Positions 34,755 to 45,800 of a stretch of DNA of 64,000 nt are shown one piece after another. This DNA is from Selaginella moellendorffii (lineage: Eukaryota; Plantae; Lycopodiophyta). Position 1 is the stretch's first letter. The number at the start of each line of letters is the position of its first letter. The stretch is taken from NCBI RefSeq assembly GCF_000143415.4, contig NW_003314340.1, forward strand, positions 193,141-257,140. Direction: 5' to 3'. Below the pieces are notes generated by a model. It ran no database searches. It was not told the DNA's origin and saw only the letters and a program-made list of their open reading frames with translations. The position numbers and the translations under genes were made by a program.

Positions 34755-36526
34755 ATGATCAAACTCTGGTTTGGGAAGCACAAAGGAAAAGCTTTGCAAG
34801 ATGTTCCTAAGGATTACTTAGAATGGATGGCCAAAAAAATGAGTGGTGAAAGAATTGGAATGCTTGCTAAGCAGGTTTTGGATGGAGGACCCATTAACGC
34901 TGGAAGTTGTGTCGGGCAGTCTTCTCCAATCTCTTGGATTTTCCTTCTTGGGCGCTACTCGGAGAAGCTCGAGATGGCGAGGAAGATCTTCAGGATGATG
35001 CCTGCTCTCGATCGCACCTCCGCCACAATGATGCTGTCCATATTCGCCCGTCACGAGTGCATAGAGGAGGCCAGGGATTTGTTCGACAAAATGCCAGAGA
35101 GGGACCCCATTTCTTGGAATGCAATAGTGGCTGTTACGCGACGGCACATTCTCCGACTGAGGCTCTGGGGATTTTCAATCTGGCACCGCAGTGGAGCAGG
35201 AATGCTTGCATTTCGATGATGGATGTATTCACAGAAGAGTATATGATCCCAGATGCCAAAGATCTGTTCGATTCGATGCAGCAGCAGGACGTCGTGTCGT
35301 GGACAAAGCTCTTAGGTGTTTATGCGCGATCAGGAGATATGAACAAAGCTGTCAGTGCGTTCAATCTCATGCCAGCAAGGGATGCTGTCGCGTCGACTGT
35401 GCTGCTGCGAGGATTCGTGGAGCTCAACATGATCAGCGAAGCGGAAGGCGTCTTCCAGGCGATGCCGGAGAAAGACATCCATGCACACACAGTTCTCGTT
35501 ATGGCTTCTGCTGAGGTGGGAGCGGCTACTAGCTTGCAAATGGAGGAGGCCAGCAAGGCGGTCCTCATGGAAAAGGATCCTATAGCGTGGAATGCGTTGA
35601 TTGCAGCAAATACTAGGCAAGGGGATCTGCGGTATGCGCTGAAGCTGTTCGAGTCTATGCAGCTCTATGGCGTAAATCCAGATGGTGCAACCATGATATG
35701 TCTTCTGCAGACTTGCAGCCACAGACTTGATGTGCAAACTGGGCGTGAAGTTTTCAGAAGAATGGGTTCGGACTTTGCCATTCCAGCAGAAAGAAAGCAC
35801 TACTGCTGCATGGTTGATTTGCTCGCAAGAGCTGGCCATCTGGATGACGCCGAGGAATTGGTTTGTGCGATGCCATTTATTCCCTCTGCTGCAGAATGGA
35901 ACGCTCTTCTAGGGGCATGCAGAAGCCAGGGCGATGGAAACGTACGGAGAGCAGAAAGAGTAGCGAAGAAAGCAATGGAGTTAAACAACGAGGCTTCCTA
36001 CGTCCTTATGGGAAACATCTACTCGGGCAGCAAGAATGACCAGGTAGATATTGATATGGCTCTGGAATCTCTCAGGGAGAAAATGAGAGAACAAGGTCTA
36101 ACGAGAAAGCCTGCAATAAGCGTTGTCACTGTCGGGAAGGAAACTCATAGGCTTATGGTGGACGACAAGAGTCACCCCAATATCCAAGAAATCAACGCAG
36201 AATTGGCAACGTTAACCAGACTACTTAAAAATGAAGGGTATGTTCCCAGAATTGATCTTGTATTCAGTGGGAAGGAAGAGGTTCTCGCGGAAATGGCTCT
36301 GGCCAAGCACAGCGAGAAATTGGCTTTAGCCTGTGGCATCCTTTACTCCAAGGAAGCAGCAGGGGCGCACATCAGGATTAAAAACAACCTTCGGATGTGT
36401 GGAGATTGCCATCAGATGATGTGTCTTGCTAGCAAGATTTATGATGGGAGGAAAATTACTGTGAAGGATGCTAGCCGAGTCCATTGTTTTGAACAAGGCG
36501 TTTGTTCCTGCGAGAACAACTGGTGA
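34755..36526 (+). pseudogene. PPR-E-DYW gene with an N-terminal FGKHKG module; single frameshift near 35134
   Basis: ORF 34737-35219 (LWFGKHKGKALQDVPKDYLEWM, then PPR) continues in ORF 34907-36526 (PPR, E, KPAIS, HSEKLA, CGDCH, CSCENNW). The frames join at ...NAIVA/YATAH by comparison with the next gene. Confidence 0.8.
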
Positions 36527-36632
36527 ATCAACAAGAGAGTAAATATAAAGAAAAGATAAATAATGTTTTTTTACTTCTAATATAACAAAAAACGAATTTA
36601 TTTTTGTGTTCCTAATACGATTCTATTGGGGC

Positions 36633-38888
36633 ATGTCTCATCGTGTGGTCTCAGAGACTATCGTCCCCTTCGGTAAGCACAAAGGTAAGTCGCTCATAGA
36701 TGTTGAGGAGAAGTATCTTAAATGGATGGCACAAGCATTTCCACCGACTTCCAAATGGGCGAAACTTGCAAAGCTGGCCCTAGATCATCATCGTCAAACT
36801 TCTTCAAGCAATAAACTAGGAGATGTGGTCCTCCAATTTGGGAAGCACAAAGGGAAGGCACTGAAAGAGGTTCCCAAGTCGTACTTAAGCTGGATGGCTA
36901 TCAAGATGGCTGGTGAGAATGTGGGGGTTACGGCGCAAAGATTTCTTGATGGATGCAACATGGACATCATCCCTGATTTGGCTCCAGATGAGAGACAACA
37001 AATGTTCCGTTCTACTGGTTTGATCCAGAAGATGGGGTCTACTGGTGAAGTGAAACAAGCCAAAGCTTTGTTTGATGATATGCCTCGAACAGATGCAGCA
37101 GCCTGGAATGCCATGATCACTTGTTATGGCCAGAATGGATACATTGCAGAAGCAAAGGAGTGTTTTGATGCAATGCCCTGTGACAAAACCAAGTTTTCAT
37201 GGTTTGCACTATTTGGGGCTTATCATCGCAAAGATTTGGTGGAGGAAGCAACTGAACTGTTTCACCAGATGCCACGGAGAGACCAAATGGTATGGATCAC
37301 TCTGCTTCGGCTTCATTCACAGAAGCTTGACATGTTGAAAAAGATCTTCCAGATTATGCCGTTTCACGATTTAACGTCGTCTACTTTGATTCTGAGCGCT
37401 TATTCCAGCCACGAATACTTTGAAGAAGCTAAAAATTTGTTCGACAAAATGCCAGAAAGAGATTCGGTATCTTGGAATGCAATGCTTGCAGCATATGCCA
37501 ATTCAGGGCATGGTTCTGAAGCACATGAGCTGTTCAAACTGGCCCCGCACTGGAACAGAAGCATTTGCCTTTCTATAATAAAGGTCTACGCAGAAGACTA
37601 CATGCTTCAAAATGCAGAGAGCTTGTTCCACTCAATGCTGCAGTGCGACATAGTCTCATGGACCAAGTTCATGGATGTTTGTGCTCGATGTGGTGATATG
37701 GAGAAAGCAAATGAAGTCTTCAGATTAATGCCTGCCACAGACATTGTAGCATGGACAGTGATGCTGGGAGGTTATGCCGGACGGAACATGCTGAATGAAG
37801 CAAAGCTAATCTTTGAGGAAATGCCTGAGAAGGACACGCATGCCTATACTATATTCCTCATGGCCTGTGCTGAAGAAAGTGGGAATGTGAAGGAGAAGGA
37901 TATGGAAGCCTTCATGGATATGGCTGAAGCGGATACAGTTGCGTGGAATTCTCTGCTTGCAGCAAATGCCAGGGATGGCCAGTTGCAACTTGTAGCGAAA
38001 GTGTTCGAGTCAATGCAGTTACAGGGCGCAAGTGCAGACAGTATTTCCTTCGTGTGCATCCTACAAGCTTGTAGTCACAATGCCAAGGTGCAATTGGGGC
38101 GCGATTTCTTCAGAAGTATGGGTTTGGATTACGGCATTGGAGCGGAAAGGAAACACTATTGCTGCATGGTTGACTTGCTTGCCAGATCTGGGCATTTGGA
38201 CGATGCAGAAGAATTGATATCCAGCATGCCTTTTCATCCTTCGGCTGCGGAATGGAATGCTCTTCTAGGTGCATGCAGGAACCAGAAGAAAGAAGGCTCA
38301 GATCGAGCGGAAAGAGCAGCAAAACATCTAATGGAGCTCAGAAATGAGGCATCTTATGTGCTCTTAGGCAATGTCTATGCAAATAGGCGTGTTGACTTGG
38401 TTGACTGCAATTCCCACCCAGTCAACGTAGACATGGCTCTTGAGTCTTTGAGGGAGAGCATGAGACAACGGGGTTTTAGGAGGAAACCAGGCATAAGTAC
38501 CGTCAACTTTGGTAAAGGGACATACACTTTTGTGGTTGGTGATAATCACCCTGAGATTAATGCAGAGCTTGAAAGGTTGACCGGGCTGTTAAGAGCAGCG
38601 GGTTATAAGCCAAAGACTGAAGTTTCGTTTTGTGGTGGTGATCAGAAAGAGAAAGAAGAGCTCCTTTGTCAACATAGTGAAAAACTAGCACTTGCATTTG
38701 GGCTGCTGTCCACTCAAGAAGGGGGGGATGAAATTATACGGATAACAAAGAACTTGAGAATGTGTTATGACTGCCATGATGCTACTAGGGTGATATCTGG
38801 ATTGGTGAAAAGAAAGATCGTTGTGAAAGATGCTAATAGGTTGCATAGATTTGAGAATGGCATGTGCTCCTGTGGTGATTTTTGGTAA
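36633..38888 (+). CDS. PPR-E-DYW cytidine deaminase-type protein with two N-terminal FGKHKG (DUF3820/ExoX-C-like) modules
   Basis: Intact intronless ORF: PFGKHKGKSLIDVEEKYLKWM and QFGKHKGKALKEVPKSYLSWM, short PPR array, E domain, KPGIS, HSEKLALAFG, NLRMCYDCH, CSCGDFW. Confidence 0.9.
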   Translation: MSHRVVSETIVPFGKHKGKSLIDVEEKYLKWMAQAFPPTSKWAKLAKLALDHHRQTSSSNKLGDVVLQFGKHKGKALKEVPKSYLSWMAIKMAGENVGVTAQRFLDGCNMDIIPDLAPDERQQMFRSTGLIQKMGSTGEVKQAKALFDDMPRTDAAAWNAMITCYGQNGYIAEAKECFDAMPCDKTKFSWFALFGAYHRKDLVEEATELFHQMPRRDQMVWITLLRLHSQKLDMLKKIFQIMPFHDLTSSTLILSAYSSHEYFEEAKNLFDKMPERDSVSWNAMLAAYANSGHGSEAHELFKLAPHWNRSICLSIIKVYAEDYMLQNAESLFHSMLQCDIVSWTKFMDVCARCGDMEKANEVFRLMPATDIVAWTVMLGGYAGRNMLNEAKLIFEEMPEKDTHAYTIFLMACAEESGNVKEKDMEAFMDMAEADTVAWNSLLAANARDGQLQLVAKVFESMQLQGASADSISFVCILQACSHNAKVQLGRDFFRSMGLDYGIGAERKHYCCMVDLLARSGHLDDAEELISSMPFHPSAAEWNALLGACRNQKKEGSDRAERAAKHLMELRNEASYVLLGNVYANRRVDLVDCNSHPVNVDMALESLRESMRQRGFRRKPGISTVNFGKGTYTFVVGDNHPEINAELERLTGLLRAAGYKPKTEVSFCGGDQKEKEELLCQHSEKLALAFGLLSTQEGGDEIIRITKNLRMCYDCHDATRVISGLVKRKIVVKDANRLHRFENGMCSCGDFW

Positions 38889-38919
38889 TTGACAACCAGT
38901 CACTTACAGAGGCCAGTAC

Positions 38920-38993
38920 TGTCTGAACCCAGGTTCGAACTGGGGACCTCTAGTGTGTGAGACTAGTGTGATAACCAACTACACCATCCAGAC
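38920..38993 (-). tRNA. tRNA-Val(CAC)
   Basis: GTCTGGATGGTGTAGTTGGTTATCACACTAGTCTCACACACTAGAGGTCCCCAGTTCGAACCTGGGTTCAGACA folds into a cloverleaf with anticodon CAC and A/B boxes. Confidence 0.93.
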
Positions 38994-40712
38994 ATGTACA
39001 ATTAATCAATAAATAATTGTTAAAATTTTTAACAAACTTAAGTAGTTCTATAGAAGCATATTATTTGAATAAATTCATTTCTCCTACTTAACAATACTAA
39101 AATATTTGTGCACTATGCAAACCCACTTAATTTGCTTTGTAAAAGTAATATTTTATTGTTTTTGTTATTAATGCTATCTAGAATATTAAAAATATAATAG
39201 AATTGTGTATTTTTATAACTAAAAAATATTATGAAATAGATAATTTATTAAATATATCCAAGAATTTTATATATACCCTAAAATTGATAATATAATTTAT
39301 TCTAAACTATTAAGTTTTTATTTCAAGCATATAATAATTCAAAAATATAAATAATTTTTAAATATAAACAACTATCCTATAATATGCAGTATGCTCTCTA
39401 AAGACCATGTTATATTAGTGATAAGTAAGAAATATTACTATTAAATTTTAATTAATAGCAAAACCATTACGAATATCTTAAAATATACTAACATAATTAA
39501 CTATTTAATAGAAGTGAATTTATTTTTTCATATACAGTGATAGTAACCAAATTCTTTATATTTTTTATTAAAATAATTTTTGATTTAGAAAAATTATATA
39601 AGGAATAGAATATATAAGTATATTCTAGGATATTAATTAAATGATTGTGACTTTCCACAATTATACATTTTTACTTTTTTATAATTTTTACTTCACTTTA
39701 ATAATAACAAATAAAATATATTAAACTATCCAATATTGTAGTTGTCAATCTTTTAGATCTTTATAGACCGCTAAAAAGATTTATCCACCTACATAAATTC
39801 TAAACCTTAAATTTAATTTATTAAACTTATGAAAAGAATATTATTGAGCTTTAGAATTTTACATTCAATTTTTTTCTATAATCAATGTCTGAAATTTCAT
39901 TTACTGAAATATAAATAAATTCTTTCTTTGGCATAATACCAAAATAAATCCATCTTTAATAAGAAAATAATGTAATTTTTATAATAATTTTTACATTTAA
40001 TATAAATATTTACTTTAATAAAAATTATATATTTTTTATAGTTTAAATAATTAATAGGTTAAGGTATTTTAAGTTATATAAAAATGATTAAATTTTTATT
40101 AGAGATTGTTTTTCTTAATACATAATTTTAAGATTAAATTTACTTTATATGTATAATAATTTTTATATTATATGCAAAAATGATTGGTTTACTTTCAAAA
40201 CTAAAATGGGAGTATAACAAAAACCTTAGATAAGCAAACAAGCAAATAAAAATTACAAATAAATGAAATTCATAAATGACATGCAGAAGGGTATAGAGAT
40301 AACAAACAAAAAAATGAATGCAATAGTTGTAAAATAAAACAAAAACCTCATATTATATTATTGTCAAATAAACATAGAGAAAATAAATCTAAATAGTGTT
40401 TAATGAAAAGCACTTTAACCAAATATTATTGTGCCATAGTTCAAAATGTTTTATAATTTAAAAGAAACTAAAAGATATGAGTGTCTCCCTCTAATTTAAA
40501 GTATAGTATTACAAGTAATTTCATAATTAAAACGTCCAAAATTACTAAAAAAGAAAAAGAAAAGAAAATGTGCATCTACCACCAATTAATTTACTATATT
40601 AGAAAAATTAACAGAGAAATTTTAAAAGCGAAAAATCACAATTGTTAGATTGACATATATCCTAGAATATACCTAGAGATTTTTAATATATTCCCAAAAA
40701 TAAAATACTAAC

Positions 40713-40885
40713 TGTGAGGGCCAAGTGTACGGCTACGATGCCGTATACTAATATTAACGTAATGGGATTTTAGTAGCCGTCGGATTAGTTTCAATCTGGA
40801 CCATTCGCTCTTGTATAAGTTAGAGTTTTTGGGTTAATTGATATGCACATTTCTATATTCTTTTTTTATATTCCATACATTCACA
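40713..40885 (+). mobile_element. Solo LTR of the 172-bp-LTR family, opposite orientation
   Basis: Reverse complement of 10902-11073 (TGTGAGGGCCAAG...TTCACA). Confidence 0.88.
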
Positions 40886-41014
40886 TAATGAAAAGCTTAA
40901 ATAAACACATTTTTCTAAAATAAAACTCCAGTAAAAATGTTATTAAAAAGGAAGAACCCGACCGTTATAGCAAACCCTGATCTTAGGGTTCATCCGAGCA
41001 GTGGATCCGCGACG

Positions 41015-42126
41015 ATGAGCAGTGGGCGCGGCAGCTACTTCCCGAAATGCAGGAAGGACGCGCAATGCAAGTGCTCGATGTGTGTGGATAGCTTGAATGC
41101 TACTCGAGATCTTCGCCCCAGCGGCTCCTCTTCTAGGCGAGGAATGCTTGGGCCTCTCAGAAATGCCCTCAGCAGAGCATTTGGATCCCCTCTTCCTTCA
41201 CCTGGAGATCAAAGGTTTAGTAACCCCTCTCTCTTCGATTTCTCCTCTCCGAGTGTTTCTTCCACGGCGCGCGGCGGCTCCGCGGTCCTGGAGCCAGTCT
41301 TTGAAGAGATTGCGGCAGAGAAATCGGTGGCCTCCTCGAAGAGGGATTCCTTCCCCAGATCTAGACGGAGATGGCTCCTCTGGGTGTTAGCGGTGGCCAC
41401 GGCAGTGACGATCTTCGCAGAAATCGTTGCGCCGGTGATCCTGGCTCGCCAATTTCGAGCCCATCTCAGCCCTGGAGCAGTGATCGAAATGGCCACCGCG
41501 TCGAGAGCTAGAATCAGGCCCGCGGACAGGATAGAATTCCTCCAGCACAGGATCCAGCGCGTGTTTCGTGGCAAGGAGATCTCCAATTGCACAGGGAGCT
41601 CCACGAAGTGGACGCTTGCCGAGGTAGACCTCCCTCCTCTCCTTTTGGAAAACTCTTTTGATCTGCGATGCTTCCACAGGATGGAGCATTGATCCACTCG
41701 AGATGCCGCCTCTACTCGTCCCCCGCGGAAGAGCTCTCCATCTGGGGGTACCCGATCGTCACAGCCGGTGTTCTTGGCAGGAGACCCGCGGATCGTTTGA
41801 TGTTTGTTCTTGCCGGCCGAGTGATCGAGGTACTGCTTTGCTTCCTTTCCTTCTTTTATGATCGATCCATGGTTTTCTCATGCCAGTGGAAGGAGGGACA
41901 ACTTGACTACACGATCCACGAAGAAGGCGAGTGGTGGAACCACCATCGCTGGGCAGCCTCGGTGATCCATCTCGACAACAACACTTGGATCGCGCAGTAC
42001 AGCGCTGGAAGCATTGATGCGTGGAGTTTTCTTGCGGGCGCTGGTTACATGACAAAGAGGATCGTCAATTCCTGTTTAAAGTATCGCTTCACATTTCCTT
42101 CCACTGTATTGACAATTCCAACGTAG
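41015..42126 (+). CDS. Conserved plant protein of unknown function with an N-terminal Cys motif and one TM segment; exons ~41015-41623, 41680-41829, 41887-42126
   Basis: YFPKCRKDAQCKCSMCVDSLNATRDL, hydrophobic WLLWVLAVATAVTIFAEI, SRCRLYSSPAEELSIWGYP, WAASVIHLDNNTWI; GT-AG introns keep the frame. Confidence 0.75.
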
Positions 42127-42813
42127 AAGATTTTACACCCTTGTAAAGTTGACGTTAAGTTCTCTTATCAAATCTCGTTTCATATCAATATCAATATATG
42201 AACAATATCAATATCAATGTTTCTATCCCTGCTTCTTGCTCCAGTGCTTGAGTTATGTCCTTCGCTCCAGCAATTCTCTGGAGCAAATCACCCACAAGAT
42301 TTCATCGCTTGTAGAAAGAAAGAAATTTAATGTCCTAGCTTAGGAGAAGTTTAGGGCAAATGCAAAAAATGAACGAAACTTAAAAAAGAAAATGGCTGAT
42401 TAAGTTTAACAGTTACACTTAGAAAATAAAAAACATTTCATACTTAAATTAAAATATACAATCTAGAACATAGTCTCGGATTCTAATTTCTTCACTACAA
42501 ATCTGGGAGGTGAAGCTTCTCCTCGATAGGACCAAAGAGATTGAGTCGAAAATGTTTTGTGACACAAATAGAAACATGGTTGCCTTGTTTTAATCTCGTT
42601 TTAGAACTTCAAGTTTTTCCATAGAAACTTTCGGACTATCAATTCAACAGCCTGATCTCCTCTGGCGGCGATGCCATTCGTGCCCGACGATGTGGCGCTG
42701 GGGGCGTGCTGGACGCAGAGTGATGTGAGGTGAGGGGAGAGTGTGGGGGTTTGGTGCTGGAGCCCATCCAGGTAATTGACGAAAACAGCAACACTCCTGT
42801 CTCCAATCTATCA

Positions 42814-45800
42814 TGCTAAAAGAAATCAAACCTCACTTTTAGCTTGCTCAGCCCATCCACGTGGACAGCCAAATCACTTTTAAGTATATGTGAAGTGCAC
42901 TTCAAAACAATGTTCAAATGTCAAGAAACTGATTCCAGTTTGGTCATAAAGTAATGTCCTTCCTGAATCATATACATAGTAGATATGTAATTGTGACAGT
43001 AGAGAGACAAAACTGTGGTCAAGGTTCAAGAAGTGTAGTTTTTTAACGGCTATCCATTGTAGCTTTTATTTCTCTCGCACTCTTCAGGTTCACTCGCACT
43101 CTTCAGGTTCACAATGCTTTTTCCTATCTTCTTCTGCCTTCTTGCTTGCTTACAATGGTGGAGCAAGCTATGGTGGCTCAGGATCATGCTCCCCTTGGAG
43201 AAGTTAATTTTTTAGTGCTCTTCCTTCCATTCTCAAAAGCGAGTTGTAAAAATCTGGCTTCAATGCTAGAAACTGCTAGAATTTGTGTTAACATTGTCTA
43301 GATTCTTGAGTCTTGATTCACCTTTCTATTGCACGGTTATGCTGGTGTAAGACTTTTATAAAAAGTTTTCTTTCCAGTAAATCCACTCCTGCCAGCTCTA
43401 AGTCTGGCAATTTGAATCAGCCCTGCAAACAATCCCCAATCTCTTGTAAATGTCATAGGAATATCATCAAAAAAAGATATCGACATTGAAGCCATTGCAA
43501 CTATTATCCTACCATAGAGCCAACCTTGCTTGGTAAAACCAAAATGTTTATTATGGGAATCACAGCCCAGTCCTTCAGGTTGGACTCAACTTGTTATTGC
43601 TATCGCACTAGCTCATCTCTTAGCTGCGCAGCTATAAGATGAGTTGATGTTCCTGCAAAGTGCCACGTAACAGAACATTATAATTTCTTACAGTCTGCCT
43701 TAAAAAACAGCTGATGCAAAAAGAGAGGATGTCCGTCTACATGTGTGCTACTGCTCTAGCACTCAACAGATCACTGCAATTTCTACATTGAAGCCCTGAA
43801 TAAAAAGTCAATCTAAGATCAACATATTGTAAGGAAGGCCGCTCCTGTATCCTTTCTCTTCATTGCTTCATTTGAATGCCAAGCCAAGGGAGAACTAGCA
43901 GGTCCAATTCAGATGAAAGCTGTAAAAGAAAGATCAAGTGTGGCATCTAAAAAAGCTTTCCATGCAGTAGAAGGAATCCACCATACTAACCTGCAGTGCA
44001 TTGGGCGTCATTGATGAAGGAGATTGCAATTGATGAGATTTTTAATGCGTTCAGCTTGGTAACATAGCAAACATCACACCATATATATAAAAAGAGAATA
44101 GAGGACGCCAGTGCTTATTTAGATATTACTCGCAACTTTCATGTTGCAGGTGTCTAGCACATTAGATGGAATATTTAGTTGCATCTCCCATAGCCGCGCT
44201 GGCAGCCCGCGCCACAGTACTCAGATGTCGATCCGCAGTAGCCAAACTGGCTGCAGCACAGGCCCGAGTTGCAGCGGCGTCCTCTACCCTGACGACCGCA
44301 ACAGGGACCGCTTGTACCACATTGAGCTTCCACCACATTGGCGTGCTCCACCATTGCAACAACGAGCATGCACAAGAAGAAAGCAGCGAAAGCACGAAGG
44401 GACGCCATTGCAAACAGTAGCACTTTAACTATGGATAGAGCTGAGCAGTGTTTGATTGAATGGAGAGGCGGGGCGCATTTATATAGCGGGGGGGTTGCAA
44501 GCAAAGTCCATCACAACTTTTGAAAACCTAGAGTGCAGTTTTGTTCGCATCGCAATTACATATTTGCTAAAAGACTTTAGCTCCATGATCTACCAGTTTC
44601 TGGAAAGACTTTGGCTCCATGATCTACCAGTCTCTCGATTTCGCCCATAGATTGAATTTTGGAGGAAGGTGACACAGTGTACACAGGTCTGCGGCCAAAC
44701 CCGACCATGACACATTTGCATTTGAAGTGTGACACAAGACCTTATCGCTTGACCATTGAGCGAAGTTTCGTAAGAAGCATGCGGGTTGAATCTTGTGAAG
44801 GACATTAACCAAATCAGTAAACTCAAGTTCAGATTGTTTTGAAAACCACGAAGACCATGCTCCTTCCTAATGTAGGGACATGGCACAATATTCAGCCAGC
44901 TATCTTCAAAAGACTGCATGTAAATAAAGCATCATTAGACAGGGTGCGAGGCGTGCAATGGAAATGCAGCTCGCTTGTAAGTTTGTGGTTGGTTTATACT
45001 ATGCATTGTTGGGGAGAAACCAAAATAGGTTGAAGCAAAATCTCAGGCAGCAGTAACAGCTACTCGGGCAGCTAAAGCAGCGCAAGCCCACACACCAGCT
45101 GCGGAATCAGTTAACTCTGAGACAGAAGTTGATAGAAGGGAGCAGCAACCCACAGGAGGGAACGCTTTGATGAAAAAAAATCACCATCTTGCCAACTGTT
45201 GAGATTGCTAAAAAGCTCGAGCTGATCTAGACGTGTATCAGACGCAAAGCTTTGGGGAGGCTAAACGAGGAGCATCGAAAGATGAAGGCTGAGGCGGAAA
45301 AGAAGTCGAGGAGAACCGATGAGAGAGCACAGTTGGACAGGCCGGTTGCCGTGGAGCCGCGCTCCAGAGGTTGACGGATCAAATGGACACCACATGCGAC
45401 GAGGAGGAGCATCGATGTTGAGGAGCCTATTCATACTCAAGAACCGAGGCCAGTCTTAGGTAATTCTTGACTTTGCTTTCCGTTTGCTCTGACTTATCTA
45501 ATTCTATCGCATACGCTCCAATGACGGGGGACTTCTGGCTAAACGATGAGGGGCAACAGGAACATATCTTCTAGGCAGCGTCAAGTGTGCAAGGCTGTTA
45601 CTTGCAAGGCTCAAAGATTCACGCCCTGTTGATCGGATATATCCATTCGTTTGGGCGGAATTATAATACAAGTACTCGTACTCATCAAGAGGGGTCCGAG
45701 TTGAAGCAAGTTCATGTTTTTATATTTTTGTAGCATTAACTAGATACCTTGGTGATGTCTCTGCCGTGCGTGAACGACTCTGAACGTCTTTCCCGGAGAA

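Noticed and set aside
36100-36526. DYW:KP-type U-to-C editing domain because of KPAIS
   Set aside because: Retains HSEKLA and a W-ending terminus rather than the HAE/GRP-type signature; best read as a diverged C-to-U type.
39000-40700. Long AT-rich tracts (also 9950-10900, 49000-49830)
   Set aside because: No ORFs, termini or periodicity that I could support; probably decayed repeats.
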